Assembly (NCBI RefSeq): GCF_009914755.1
Contig: NC_060948.1
Strand: one strand, 5' to 3'
Source of the DNA: the human T2T-CHM13v2.0 reference genome, Homo sapiens
DNA length: 64,000 nt
This document shows positions 1 through 19,300 of this stretch, in pieces. The notes under the pieces were generated by a model that searched no databases, was not told the origin of the DNA, and saw nothing but the letters and a program-made list of their open reading frames with translations. The position numbers and the translations under genes are program-made. The first letter of the stretch is position 1; every line of letters begins with the position of its first letter.

Positions 1-1788
<1,788 letters not shown>

Positions 1789-2362
1789 AGATCCATATTT
1801 TTTAAATGAAAAAAAATTTCGAAGGTACTCTGCTTGGTACAATAATCAAATGTATAAACTGAGGAATAAAACATAACCATGAAACCTACTTATAACTGCA
1901 TATGGAAAATACAGAGGATAATTTTTTAAATAACATATTTTGAAAGCCTTAACTAATAATTTGAAGAGCTGGCATTTGAAAGGCCAGTATGAATATACCT
2001 TCAAAGCAGCAACACAGGTTCCCCATGAGAAAAAGCAAACACAGGGAAAATAAAAACACAAAGGTTCAATCTCTTCTGACCTTTGAAAGACACGGCACAG
2101 ACAGTGGTCCTTAGGACGAAGAGCAGGAGACCCCTAATTCCGTCACCATGGCGATAGGGAATAAACATTGCTGGGTGAGGGCACAATCCACATTGTGAGG
2201 TCCAACTGCTGCCAGGAAGACAGGAGTGCTTTTACATAGACCGAAAGGTCATTGAAGGCTCAGAGTTTTGTTTCAAGAACTGAATCCCAAGCCCACACGT
2301 TATTAGGCTGCGCTTCTTAAAACAAGTTATGAGATGGGAAAAAGGGCACCCACAAACATACG
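1789..2362 (-). repeat. HSATI-like subunit, unit 1
   Basis: Mixed-composition ~575-bp segment abutting the truncated Alu 5' end; resembles HSATI as recalled; boundaries approximate. Confidence 0.8.
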
Positions 2363-3916
2363 TATACATTATGTATATAATAATATACAGTATCATATAT
2401 ATAATATACATAACCTATGTATAATATTGTTTTACATCCTGCATCTTATGTTATATATATTGTATAAAATATAATAATTGATAATATATAAGTTTTATAA
2501 TTATACAATATGACATATAGTATATATTATAATTTATGACATATATAATATATGTTATATGTCATATATAGAATATATTATACGGTTAATATACGTATTA
2601 AATATAAATTATACTTTATATATATTATATATAATATATCTGTTATATATAATGCCCACTATGCATAATATATATATTATGCCTATGTTATATATAGTAT
2701 AAAACAACATATAATAATATATAATTGTATATATAAAATGCGACATATAATATATATTATATTTTATATCATATGTAATATATATTATATATTATATATA
2801 ATACATTGTATGTATAATACCTATATTAAATATATATTACATGACTATGTTATTAATTACATGTCACATGTGTTATATATTATATATTTTACACAGAATA
2901 TACCGGTTACATACAATATATACTATGTTACCTATAATGTATAATTTATTACATGTAAAATAAAGAATGCAATATATTATGTATAATTTATAATATACCA
3001 TATGTGGAATGTGATATATATAACATATAATATATGATATATGATATACAGTATATGATATATAACATACAATATACGATTCCTAATATATATGGTATAC
3101 AATATATATTTTATGATATGTATTCTATATGTTTTATATTCTGTTATATATAACTATTTGAAATTATATATAACTGTATAATATTTTATGTAAATATGTA
3201 ATATAATATATATAACTATATAATATATTATATATAACTATATATTATGTTATATATACTTTTATAACATAATTTACATAAAATATCATAATATAATATA
3301 TATTATATTATTTCATATTACATAATATATATTACATATCACCCAATATAACTAACATACATAATATTATAATATAGATTATATTATGTTATATTAAATA
3401 TCATATATATCATGTATCCTATATTCTATAATATATATTACACATTATATAATATGTATGTTGTCTATTATGTGATATATTTAACTATATATATAATTAT
3501 ATTTTTATACATATAACTAGATAAACATGTAATTCTACATATTTTCATTTATAATATGTAGAATTATATAATCATATATAATTATTTATATTCTATAAAA
3601 AATTTTATCATTATATAAATTATAATATATAAAAATTATAATATGTACTACAAATATATATATTATATATCATATATGATATAGTACCTTTGTTATATAT
3701 CATAATACATATAAATGTGTATTATGTTATCTATAATTATATAATTTCATATATAAGATGTATAATATGTATCATATATTATATATGTTATGTAATACAT
3801 ATAGTATATATAAGATGACACAGGATAAATATTATATACTATGACATATAAAATATATCAGGTTATATGTTACATATAAGGCATAGCACATAACATGTAA
3901 TATATATCATATATAA

Positions 3917-4208
3917 TTTTTTTTTAGACAGAATCTTGTCCTGTTGCACAGTGTGGGGTACAATGGCGCCATCTTTGCTCACTGCAACTTCTGCCTCACG
4001 GGTCCAAGCGATTGTCCTCCCTCAGCCTCCCAGGTAGCTGGGACTACACCACACTGGGACTACACCAGCTGCCACCATGCCTAGCTAATTATTTGGATTT
4101 TTATTAGTGACAGCGTTTCACTGTATTGACCAGGATGGTCTTGATCTCTTCACCTTGTGATCCCCTTGCCTTGGCCTCCAAATTTGCTGGGATTACAGGC
4201 CTGAGCCA
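3917..4208 (-). mobile_element. Alu, unit 2, type A
   Basis: Colinear copy of 1497-1788. Confidence 0.92.
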
Positions 4209-4782
4209 AGATCCATATTTTTTAAATGAAAAAAAATTTCAAAGGTACTCTGCTTGGTACAATAATCAAATGTATAAACTGAGGAATAAAACATAACCAT
4301 GAAACCTACTTATAACTGCATATGGAAAATACAGAGGATAATTTTTTAAATAACATATTTTGAAAGCCTTAACTAGTAATTTGAAGAGCTGGCATTTGAA
4401 AGGCCAGTATGAATATACCTTCAAAGCAGCAACACAGGTTCCCCATGAGAAAAAGCAAACACAGGGAAAATAAAAACACAAAGGTTCAATCTCTTCTGAC
4501 CTTTGAAAGACACAGCACAGACAGTGGTCCTTAGGACGAAGAGCAGGAGACCCCTAATTCCGTCACCATGGCGATAGGGCATAAACATTGCTGGGTGAGG
4601 GCACAATCCACATTGTGAGGTCCAACTGCTGCCAGGAAGACAGGAGTGCTTTTACATAGACCGAAAGGTCATTGAAGGCTCAGAGTTTTGTTTCAAGAAC
4701 TGAATCCCAAGCCCACACGTTATTAGGCTGCGCTTCTTAAAACAAGTTATGAGATGGGAAAAAGGGCACCCACAAACATACG
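4209..4782 (-). repeat. HSATI-like subunit, unit 2
   Basis: Copy of 1789-2362. Confidence 0.8.
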
Positions 4783-6315
4783 TATACATTATGTATATAA
4801 TAATATACAGTATCATATATATAATATATATAACCTATGTATAATATTGTTTTACATCCTGCATCTTATGTTATATATATTGTATAAAATATAATAATTG
4901 ATAATATATAAGTTTTATAATTATACAATATGACATATAGTATATATTATAATTTATGACATATATAATATATGTTATATGTCATATATAGAATATATTA
5001 TACGGTTAATATACGTATTAAATATAAATTATACATTATATATATTATATATAATATATCTGTTATGTATAATGCCCATTATGCATAATATATATATTAT
5101 GTCTATGTTATATATAGTATAAAACAACATATAATAATATATAATTGTATATATAAAATGCGACATATAATATATATTATATTTTATAACATATGTAATA
5201 TATATTATATATTATATATAATACGTTGTATGTATAATACCTATATTAAATATATATTATATGAATATGTTATTAATTACATGTCACATGTGTTATATAT
5301 TATATATTTTACATAGAATATACCGGTTACATACAATATATACTATGTTACCTATAATGAATAATTTATTACATGTAAAATAAAGAATGCAATATATTAT
5401 GTATAATTTATAATATACCATATGTGGAATGTGATATATATAACATATAATATATGATATATGATATACAGTATATGATATATAACATACAATATATGAT
5501 TCCTAATATATATGGTATACAATATATATTTTATGATATGTATTCTATATGTTTTATATTCTGTTATATATAACTATTTGAAATTATATATAACTGTATA
5601 ATATTTTATGTAAATATGTAATATAATATATATAACTATATAATATATTATATATAACTATATATTATGTTATATATACTTTTATAACATAATTTACATA
5701 AAATATCATAATATAGTATATATTATATTATTTCATATTACATAATATATATTACATATCACCGAATATAACTAACATACATAATATTATAATATAGATT
5801 ATATTGTGTTATATTAAATATCATATATATCATGTATCATATATTCTATAATATATATTACACATTATATAATATGTATGTTGTCTATTATGTGATATAT
5901 ATAACTATATATATAATTATATTTTTATACATATAACTAGATAAACATGTAATTCTACATATTTTCATTTATAATATGTAGAATTATATAATCATATATA
6001 ATTATTTATATTCTATAAAAAATTTTATCATTATATAAATTATAATATATATAAATTATAATATGTACTACAAATATATATATATTATATATCATATATG
6101 ATATAGTACCTTTGTTATATATCATAATACATATAAATGTGTATTATGTTATCTATAATTATATAATTTCATATATAAGATGTATAATATGTATCATATA
6201 TTATATATTTTATGTAATATATATAGTATATATAAGATGACACAGGATAAATATTATATACTATGACATATAAAATATATCAGGTTATATGTTACATATA
6301 AGGCATAGCACATAA

Positions 6316-6630
<315 letters not shown>

Positions 6631-7204
6631 AGATCCATATTTTTTAAATGAAAAAAAATTTCAAAGGTACTCTGCTTGGTACAATAATCAAATGTATAAA
6701 CTGAGGAATAAAACATAACCATGAAACCTACTTATAACTGCATATGGAAAATACAGAGGATAATTTTTTAAATAACATATTTTGAAAGCCTTAACTAGTA
6801 ATTTGAAGAGTTGGCATTTGAAAGGCCAGTATGAATATACCTTCAAAGCAGCAACACAGGTTCCCCATGAGAAAAAGCAAGCACAGGGAAAACAAAAACA
6901 CAAAGGTTCAATCTCTTCTGACCTTTGAAAGACACAGCACAGACAGTGGTCCTTAGGACGAAGAGCAGGAGACCCCGAATTCCGTCACCATGGCGATAGG
7001 GCATAAACATTGCTGGGTGAGGGCACAATCCACATTGTGCGGTCCAACTGCTGCCAGGAAGACAGGAGTGCTTTTACATAGACCGAAAGGTCATTGAAGG
7101 CTCAGAGTTTTGTTTCAAGAACTGAATCCCAAGCCCACACGTTATTAGGCTGCGCTTCTTAAAACAAGTTATGAGATGGGAAAAAGGGCACCCACAAACA
7201 TACG
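6631..7204 (-). repeat. HSATI-like subunit, unit 3
   Basis: Copy of 1789-2362. Confidence 0.8.
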
Positions 7205-8737
7205 TATACATTATGTATATAATAATATACAGTATCATATATATAATATATATAACCTATGTATAATACTGTTTTACATCCTGCATCTTATGTTATATAT
7301 ATTGTATAAAATATAATAATTGATAATATATAAGTTTTATAATTATACAATATGACATATAGTATATATTATAATTTATGACATATATAATATATGTTAT
7401 ATGTCATATATAGAATATATTATACGGTTAATATACGTATTAAATATAAATTATACATTATATATATTATATATAATATATCTGTTATGTATAATGCCCA
7501 TTATGCATAATATATATATTATGTCTATGTTATATATAGTATAAAACAACATATAATAATATATAATTGTATATATAAAATGCGACATATAATATATATT
7601 ATATTTTATAACATATGTAATATATATTATATATTATATATAATACGTTGTATGTATAATACCTATATTAAATATATATTATATAAATATGTTATTAATT
7701 ACATGTCACATGTGTTATATATTATATATTTTACATAGAATATACCGGTTACATACAATATATACTATGTTACCTATAATGTATAATTTATTACATGTAA
7801 AATAAAGAATGCAATATATTATGTATAATTTATAATATACCATATGTGGAATGTGATATATATAACATATAATATATGATATATGATATACAGTATATGA
7901 TATATAACATACAATATATGATTCCTAATATATATGGTATACAATATATATTTTATGATATGTATTCTATATGTTTTATATTCTGTTATATATAACTATT
8001 TGAAATTATATATAACTGTATAATATTTTATGTAAATATGTAATATAATATATATAACTATATAATATATTATATATAACTATATATTATGTTATATATA
8101 CTTTTATAACATAATTTACATAAAATATCATAATATAGTATATATTATATTATTTCATATTACATAATATATATTACATATCACCGAATATAACTAACAT
8201 ACATAATATTATAATATAGATTATATTGTGTTATATTAAATATCATATATATCATGTATCATATATTCTATAATATATATTACACATTATATAATATGTA
8301 TGTTGTCTATTATGTGATATATATAACTATATATATAATTATATTTTTATACATATAACTAGATAAACATGTAATTCTACATATTTTCATTTATAATATG
8401 TAGAATTATATAATCATATATAATTATTTATATTCTATAAAAAATTTTATCATTATATAAATTATAATATATAAAAATTATAATATGTACTACAAATATA
8501 TATATATTATATATCATATATGATATAGTACCTTTGTTATATATCATAATACATATAAATGTGTATTATGTTATCTATAATTATATAATTTCATATATAA
8601 GATGTATAATATGTATCATATATTATATATGTTATGTAATATATATAGTATATATAAGATGACACAGGATAAATATTATATACTATGACATATAAAATAT
8701 ATGAGGTTATATGTTACATATAAGGCATAGCACATAA

Positions 8738-9052
<315 letters not shown>

Positions 9053-9626
9053 AGATCCATATTTTTTAAATGAAAAAAAATTTCAAAGGTACTCTGCTTG
9101 GTACAATAATCAAAAGTATAAACTGAGGAATAAAACATAACCATGAAACCTACTTATAACTGCATATGGAAAATACAGAGGATAATTTTTTAAATAACAT
9201 ATTTTGAAAGACTTAACTAGTAATTTGAAGAGTTGGCATTTGAAAGGCCAGTATGAATATACCTTCAAAGCAGCAACACAGGTTCCCCATGAGAAAAAGC
9301 AAACACAGGGAAAATAAAAACACAAAGGTTCAATCTCTTCTGACCTTTGAAAGACACAGCACAGACAGTGGTCCTTAGGACGAAGAGCAGGAGACCCCTA
9401 ATTCCGTCACCATGACGATAGGGCATAAACATTGCTGGGTGAGGGCACAATCCACATTGTGAGGTCCAACTGCTGCCAGGAAGACAGGAGTGCTTTTACA
9501 TAGACCGAAAGGTCATTGAAGGCTCAGAGTTTTGTTTCAAGAACTGAATCCCAAGCCCACACGTTATTAGGCTGCGCTTCTTAAAACAAGTTATGAGATG
9601 GGAAAAAGGGCACCCACAAACATACG
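9053..9626 (-). repeat. HSATI-like subunit, unit 4
   Basis: Copy of 1789-2362. Confidence 0.8.
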
Positions 9627-11146
9627 TATACATTATGTATATAATAATATACAGTATCATATATATAATATATATAACCTATGTATAATATTGTTTTACA
9701 TCCTGCATCTTATATTATATATATTGTCTAAAATATAATAATTGATAATATATAAGTTTTATATTTATACAATATGACATATAGTATATATTATAATTTA
9801 TGACATATATAATATATGTTATATATCATATATAGAATATATTATACGGTTAATATACGTATTAAATATAAATTATACATTATATATATTATATATAATA
9901 TATCTGTTATATATAATACCCATTATGCATAATATGTATATTATGTCTATGTTATATATAGTATACAACAACATATAATAATACATAATTGTATATATAA
10001 AATGCGACATATAATATATATTATATTTTATGACATATGTAATATATATTATATATTATATATAATACGTTGTATGTATAATACCTATATTAAATATATA
10101 TTATATGACTATGTTATTAATTACATGTCACATGTGTTATATATTATATATTATACATAGAATATACCGGTTACATACAATATATACTATGTTACCTATA
10201 ATATATAATTGATTACATGTAAAATAAAGAATGCAATATATTATGTATAATTTATAATATACAATATGTGGAATGTGATATATATAACATAGAATATATG
10301 ATATATGATATACAGTATATGATATATAACATACAATATATGATACCTAGTATATATGGTATACAATATATATTTTATGATATGTATTCTATATGTTTTA
10401 TATTCTGTTATATATAACTATTTGAAATTATATATAACTGTATAATATTTTATGTAAATATGTAATATAATATATATAACTATATAATATATTATATATA
10501 ACTATATATTATTTTATATACTTTTATATCATAATTTACATAAAATGTCATAATATAATATATATTATATTATTTCATATTACATAATATATATTACATA
10601 TCACCCAATATAAGTAACATACATAATATTATAATATAGATTATATTATGTTATGTTAAATATCATATATATCATGTATCATATATTCTATAATATATAT
10701 TATACATTATGTAATATGTATGTTGTCTATTATGTGATATATATAACTATATATTATTATATTATTATACATATAACTAGATAAACATGTAATTCTACAT
10801 ATTTTCATTTATAATATATAGAATTCTATAATCATATATAATTATTTATATTCTATAAAAAATTATATCATTATATAAATTATAATATAAAAAAATTATA
10901 ATATGTACTACAAATATATATATTATATATCATATATGATATAGTACCTTTGTTATATATCATAATACATATAAATGTGTATTATGTTATCTATAATTAT
11001 ATAATTTCATATATAAGATGTATAATATGTATTATATATTGTATATGTTATGTAATATATATAGTATATATAAGCTGACACAGGATAAATATTATATACT
11101 ATGACATATAAAATATATGAGGTTATATGTTACATATAAGGCATAG

Positions 11147-11467
<321 letters not shown>

Positions 11468-12041
11468 AGATCCATATTTTTTAAAGGAAAAAAAATTTCA
11501 AAGGTACTCTGCTTGGTACAATAATCAAATGTATAAACTGAGGAATAAAACATAACCATGAAACCTACTTATAACTGCATATGGAAAATACAGAGGATAA
11601 TTTTTTAAATAACATATTTTGAAAGCCTTAACTAGTAATTTGAAGAGTTGGCATTTGAAAGGCCAGTATGAATATACCTTCAAAGCAGCAACACAGGTTC
11701 CCCATGAGAAACAGCAAACTCAGGGAAAATAAAACCACAAAGGTTCAATCTCTTCTGACCTTTGAAAGACACAGCACAGACAGTGGTCCTTAGGACGAAG
11801 AGCAGGAGACCCCTAATTCCGTCACCATGGCGATAGGGCATAAACATTGCTGGGTGAGGGCACAATCCACATTGTGAGGTCCAACTGCTGCCAGGAAGAC
11901 AGGAGTGCTTTTACATAGACCGAAAGGTCATTGAAGGCTCAGAGTTTTGTTTCAAGAACTGAATCCCAAGCCCACACGTTATTAGGCTGCGCTTCTTAAA
12001 ACAAGTTATGAGATGGGAAAAAGGGCACCCACAAACATACG
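11468..12041 (-). repeat. HSATI-like subunit, unit 5
   Basis: Copy of 1789-2362. Confidence 0.8.
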
Positions 12042-13565
12042 TATACATTATGTATATAATAATATACAGTGTCATATATATAATATATATAACCTATGTA
12101 TAATATTGTTTTACATCCTGCATCTTATGTTATATATATTGTATAAAATATAATAATTGATAATATAAAAGTTTTATAATTATACAATATGACATATAGT
12201 ATATATTATAATTTATGACATATATAATATATGTTATATATCATATATAGAATATATTATACGGTTAATATACGTATTAAATATAAATTATACATTATAT
12301 ATATTATATATAATATATCTGTTATATATAATACCCATTATGCATAATATATATATTATGTCTATGTTATATATAGTATAAAACAACATATAATAATATA
12401 TAATTGTATATATAAAATGCGACATATAATATATATTATATTTTATAACATATGTAATATATATTATATATTATATATAATACGTTGTATGTATAATACC
12501 TATATTAAATATATATTATATGACTATGTTATTAATTACATGTCACATGTGTTATATATTATATATTTTACATAGAATATACCGGTTACATGCAATATAT
12601 ACTATGTTACCTATAATGTATAATTGATTACATGTAAAATAAAGAATGCAATATATTATGTATAATTTATAATATACAATATGTGGAATGTGATATATAT
12701 AACATATAATATATGATATATGATATACAGTATATGATATATAACATACAATATATGATACCTAATATATATGGTATACAATATATATTTTATGATATGT
12801 ATTCTATATGTTTTATATTCTGTTATATATAACTATTTGAAATTATATATAACTGTATAATATTTTATGCAAATATGTAATATAATATATATAACTATAT
12901 AATATATTATATATAACTATATTTTATGTTATATATACTTTTATAACATAATTTACATTAAATATCATAATATAATATATAATATATTATTTCACATTAC
13001 ATTATATATATTACATATCACCCAATATAAGTAACATACATAATATTATAATATAGATTATATTATGTTATATTAAATATCATATATATCATGTATCATA
13101 TATTCTATAATATATATTACACATTATATAATATGTATGTTGTCTATTATGTGATATATATAACTATATATATAATTATATTATTATACATATAACTAGA
13201 TAAACATGTAATTCTACATATTTTCATTTATAATATATAGAATTATATAATCATATATAATTATTTATATTCTATAAAAAATTATATCATTATATAAATT
13301 ATAATATAAAAAAATTATAATATGTACTACAAATATATATATTATATATCATATATGATATAGTACCTTTGTTATATATCATAATACATATAAATGTGTA
13401 TTATGTTATCTATAATTATATAATTTCATATATAAGATGTATAATATGTATTATATATTGTATATGTTATGTAATATATATAGTATATATAAGCTGACAC
13501 AGGATAAATATTATATACTATGACATATAAAATATATGAGGTTATATGTTACATATAAGGCATAG

Positions 13566-13886
<321 letters not shown>

Positions 13887-14462
13887 AGATCCATATTTTT
13901 TAAATGAAAAAAAATTTCAAAGGTACTCTGCTTGGTACAATAATCAAATGTATAAACTGAGGAATAAAACATAACCATGAAACCTACTTATAACTGCATA
14001 TGGAAAATACAGAGGATAATTTTTTAAATAACATATTTTGAAAGCCTTAACTAGTAATTTGAAGAGTTGGCATTTGTAAGGCCAGTATGAATATACCTTC
14101 AAAGCAGCAACACAGGTTCCCCATGAGAAAAAGCAAACTCAGGGAAAATAAAACCACAAAGGTTCAATCTCTTCTGACCTTTGAAAGACACAGCACAGAC
14201 AGTGGTCCTTAGGACGAAGAGCAGGAGACCCCTAGTTCCGTCACCATGGCGATAGGGCATAAACATTGCTGGGTGAGGGCACAATCCACATTGTGAGGTC
14301 CAACTGCTGCCAGGAAGACAGGAGTGCTTTTACATAGACTTTCAAAGGTCATTGAAGGCTCAGAGTTTTGTTTCAAGAACTGAATCCCAAGCCCACACGT
14401 TATTAGGCTGCGCTTCTTAAAACAAGTTATGAGATGGGAAAAAGGGCACCCACAAACATACG
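13887..14462 (-). repeat. HSATI-like subunit, unit 6 (CG>TTTC delins at ~14340)
   Basis: Copy of 1789-2362, +2 bp. Confidence 0.8.
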
Positions 14463-16000
14463 TATACATTATGTATATAATAATATACAGTATCATATAT
14501 AAAATATGTATAACCTATGTATAATATTGTTTTACATCCTGCATCTTATATTATATATATTGTATAAAATATAATAATTGATAATATATAAGTTTTATAT
14601 TTATACAATATGACATATAGTATATATTATAATTTATGACATATATAATATATGTTACATATCATATATAGAATATATTATACGGTTAATATACGTATTA
14701 AATATAAATTATACATTATATATATTATATAAAATATATCTGTTATATATAATACCCATTATGCATAATATATATATTATGTCTATGTTATATATAGTAT
14801 AAAACAACATATAATAATATATAATTGTATATATAAAATGCGACATATAATATATATTATATTTTATGACATATGTAATATGTATTATATATTATATATA
14901 ATACGTTGTATGTATAATACCTATATTAAATATATATTATATGACTATGTTATTAATTACATGTCACATATGTTATATATTATATATTTTACATAGAATA
15001 TACCAGTTACATGCAATATATACTATGTTACCTATAATGCATAATTGATTACATGTAAAATAAAGAATGCAATATATTATGTATAATTTATAATACACAA
15101 TATGTGGAATGTGATATATATAACATATAATATATGATATATGATATACAGTATATGATATATAACATACAATATATGATACCTAATATATATGGTATAC
15201 AATATATATTTTATGATATGTATTCTATATGTTTTATATTCTGTTATATATAACTATTTGAAATTATATATAACTGTATAATATTTTATGCAAATATGTA
15301 ATATAATATATATAACTATATAATATATTATATGTAACAATATATTATGTTATATATACTTTTATAACATAATTTACATTAAATATCATAATATAATATA
15401 TATTATATTATTTCACATTACATAATATATATTACATATCACCCAATATAAGTAACATAGATAATATTATAATATAGATTATATTATGTTATATTAAATA
15501 TCATATATATCATGTATCATATATTCTATAATATATATTACACATTATATAATATGTATGTTGTCTATTATGTGATATATATAACTATATATATAATTAT
15601 ATTATTATACATATAACTAGATAAACATGTAATTCTACATATTTTCATTTATACTATATAGAATTATATAATCATATATAATTATTTATATTCTATAAAA
15701 AATTATATCATTATATAAATTATAATATAAAAAAATTATAATATGTACTACAAATATATATATTATATATCATATATGATATAGTACCTTTGTTATATAT
15801 CATAATACATATAAATGTGTATTATGTTATCTATAATTATATAATTTCATATATAAGATATATAATATGTATTATATATTGTATATGTTATGTAATATAT
15901 ATAGTATATATAAGCTGACACAGGATAAATATTATATACTATGACATATAAAATATATGAGGTTATATGTTACATATAAGGCATAGCACATAACATGTAA

Positions 16001-16307
<307 letters not shown>

Positions 16308-16881
16308 AGATCCATATTTTTTAAATGAAAAAAAATTTCAAAGGTACTCTGCTTGGTACAATAATCAAATGTATAAACTGAGGAATAAAACATAACCATG
16401 AAACCTACTTATAACTGCATATGGAAAATACAGAGGATAATTTTTTAAATAACATATTTTGAAAGCCTTAACTAGTAATTTGAAGAGTTGGCATTTGTAA
16501 GGCCAGTATGAATATACCTTCAAAGCAGCAACACAGGTTCCCCATGAGAAAAAGCAAACTCAGGGGAAATAAAACCACAAAGGTTCAATCTCTTCTGACC
16601 TTTGAAAGACACAGCACAGACAGTGGTCCTTAGGACGAAGAGCAGGAGACCCCTAATTCCGTCACCATGGCGATAGGGCATAAACATTGCTGGGTGAGGG
16701 CACAATCCACATTGTGAGGTCCAACTGCTGCCAGGAAGACAGGAGTGCTTTTACATAGACCGAAAGGTCATTGAAGGCTCAGAGTTTTGTTTCAAGAACT
16801 GAATCCCAAGCCCACACGTTATTAGGCTGCGCTTCTTAAAACAAGTTATGAGATGGGAAAAAGGGCACCCACAAACATACG
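16308..16881 (-). repeat. HSATI-like subunit, unit 7
   Basis: Copy of 1789-2362. Confidence 0.8.
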
Positions 16882-18419
16882 TATACATTATGTATATAAT
16901 AATATACAGTATCATATATAAAATATGTATAACCAATGTATAATATTGTTTTACATCCTGCATCTTATATTATATATATTGTATAAAATATAATAATTGA
17001 TAATATATAAGTTTTATATTTATACAATATGACATATAGTACATATTATAATTTATGACATATATAATATATGTTATATATCATATATAGAATATATTAT
17101 ACGGTTAATATACGTATTAAATATAAATTATACATTATATATATTATATAAAATATATCTGTTATATATAATACCCATTATGCATAATATATATATTATG
17201 TCTATGTTATATATAGTATAAAACAACATATAATAATATATAATTGTATATATAAAATGCGACATATAATATATATTATATTTTATGACATATGTAATAT
17301 GTATTATATATTATATATAATACGTTGTATGTATAATACCTATATTAAATATATATTATATGACTATGTTATTAATTACATGTCACATATGTTATATATT
17401 ATATATTTTACATAGAATATACCGGTTACATGCAATATATACTATGTTACCTATAATGTATAATTGATTACATGTAAAATAAAGAATGCAATATATTATG
17501 TATAATTTATAATATACAATATGTGGAATGTGATATATATAACATATAATATATGATATATGATATACAGTATATGATATATAACATACAATATATGATT
17601 CCTAATATATATGGTATACAATATATATTTTATGATATGTATTCTATATGTTTTATATTCTGTTATATATAACTATTTGAAATTATATATAACTGTACAA
17701 TATTTTATGCAAATATGTAATATAATATATATAACTATATAATATATTATATGTAACAATATATTATGTTATATATACTTTTATAACATAATTTACATTA
17801 AATATCATAATATAATATATATTATATTATTTCACATTACATAATATATATTACATATCACCCAATATAAGTAACATAGATAATATTATAATATAGATTA
17901 TATTATGTTATATTAAATATCATATATATCATGTATCTTATATTCTATAATATATATTACACATTATATAATATGTATGTTGTCTATTATGTGATATATA
18001 TAACTATATATATAATTATATTATTATACATATAACTAGATAAACATGTAATTCTACATATTTTCATTTATAATATATAGAATTATATAATCATATATAA
18101 TTATTTATATTCTATAAAAAATTATATCATTATATAAATTATAATATAAAAAAATTATAATATGTACTACAAATATATATATTATATATCATATATGATA
18201 TAGTACCTTTGTTATATATCATAATACATATAAATGTGTATTATGTTATCTATAATTATATAATTTCATATATAAGATATATAATATGTATTATATTTTG
18301 TATATGTTATGTAATATATATAGTATATATAAGCTGACACAGGATAAATATTATATACTATGACATATAAAATATATGAGGTTATATGTTACATATAAGG
18401 CATAGCACATAACATGTAA

Positions 18420-18726
<307 letters not shown>

Positions 18727-19300
18727 AGATCCATATTTTTTAAATGAAAAAAAATTTCAAAGGTACTCTGCTTGGTACAATAATCAAATGTATAAACTGA
18801 GGAATAAAACATAACCATGAAACCTACTTATAACTGCATATGGAAAATACAGAGGATAATTTTTTAAATAACATATTTTGAAAGCCTTAACTAGTAATTT
18901 GAAGAGTTGGCATTTGTAAGGCCAGTATGAATATACCTTCAAAGCAGCAACACAGGTTCCCCATGAGAAAAAGCAAACTCAGGGGAAATAAAACCACAAA
19001 GGTTCAATCTCTTCTGACCTTTGAAAGACACAGCACAGACAGTGGTCCTTAGGACGAAGAGCAGGAGACCCCTAATTCCGTCACCATGGCGATAGGGCAT
19101 AAACATTGCTGGGTGAGGGCACAATCCACATTGTGAGGTCCAACTGCTGCCAGGAAGACAGGAGTGCTTTTACATAGACCGAAAGGTCATTGAAGGCTCA
19201 GAGTTTTGTTTCAAGAACTGAATCCCAAGCCCACACGTTATTAGGCTGCGCTTCTTAAAACAAGTTATGAGATGGGAAAAAGGGCACCCACAAACATACG
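18727..19300 (-). repeat. HSATI-like subunit, unit 8
   Basis: Copy of 1789-2362. Confidence 0.8.

Noticed and set aside
1846-2186. Overlapping 71-aa and 61-aa minus-strand ORFs recurring in most units
   Set aside because: They lie in satellite sequence, mostly use non-ATG starts, resemble no protein family I recognise, and appear or vanish with single-base changes; recurrence only reflects tandem copying.
2182-2197. Small hairpin CACAAT-CCAC-ATTGTG
   Set aside because: A 6-bp stem is expected by chance and has no terminator or RNA-gene context.
2738-2944. 68-aa I/Y/N-rich ORF (also 41442, 46281) and 63-70-aa ORFs at the HSATI/AT border
   Set aside because: Low-complexity translations of TA-rich DNA, open only where a chance SNP removes a stop.
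14209-14496. Longest ORF (95 aa)
   Set aside because: By-product of the +2-bp delins in unit 6; no independent coding evidence.
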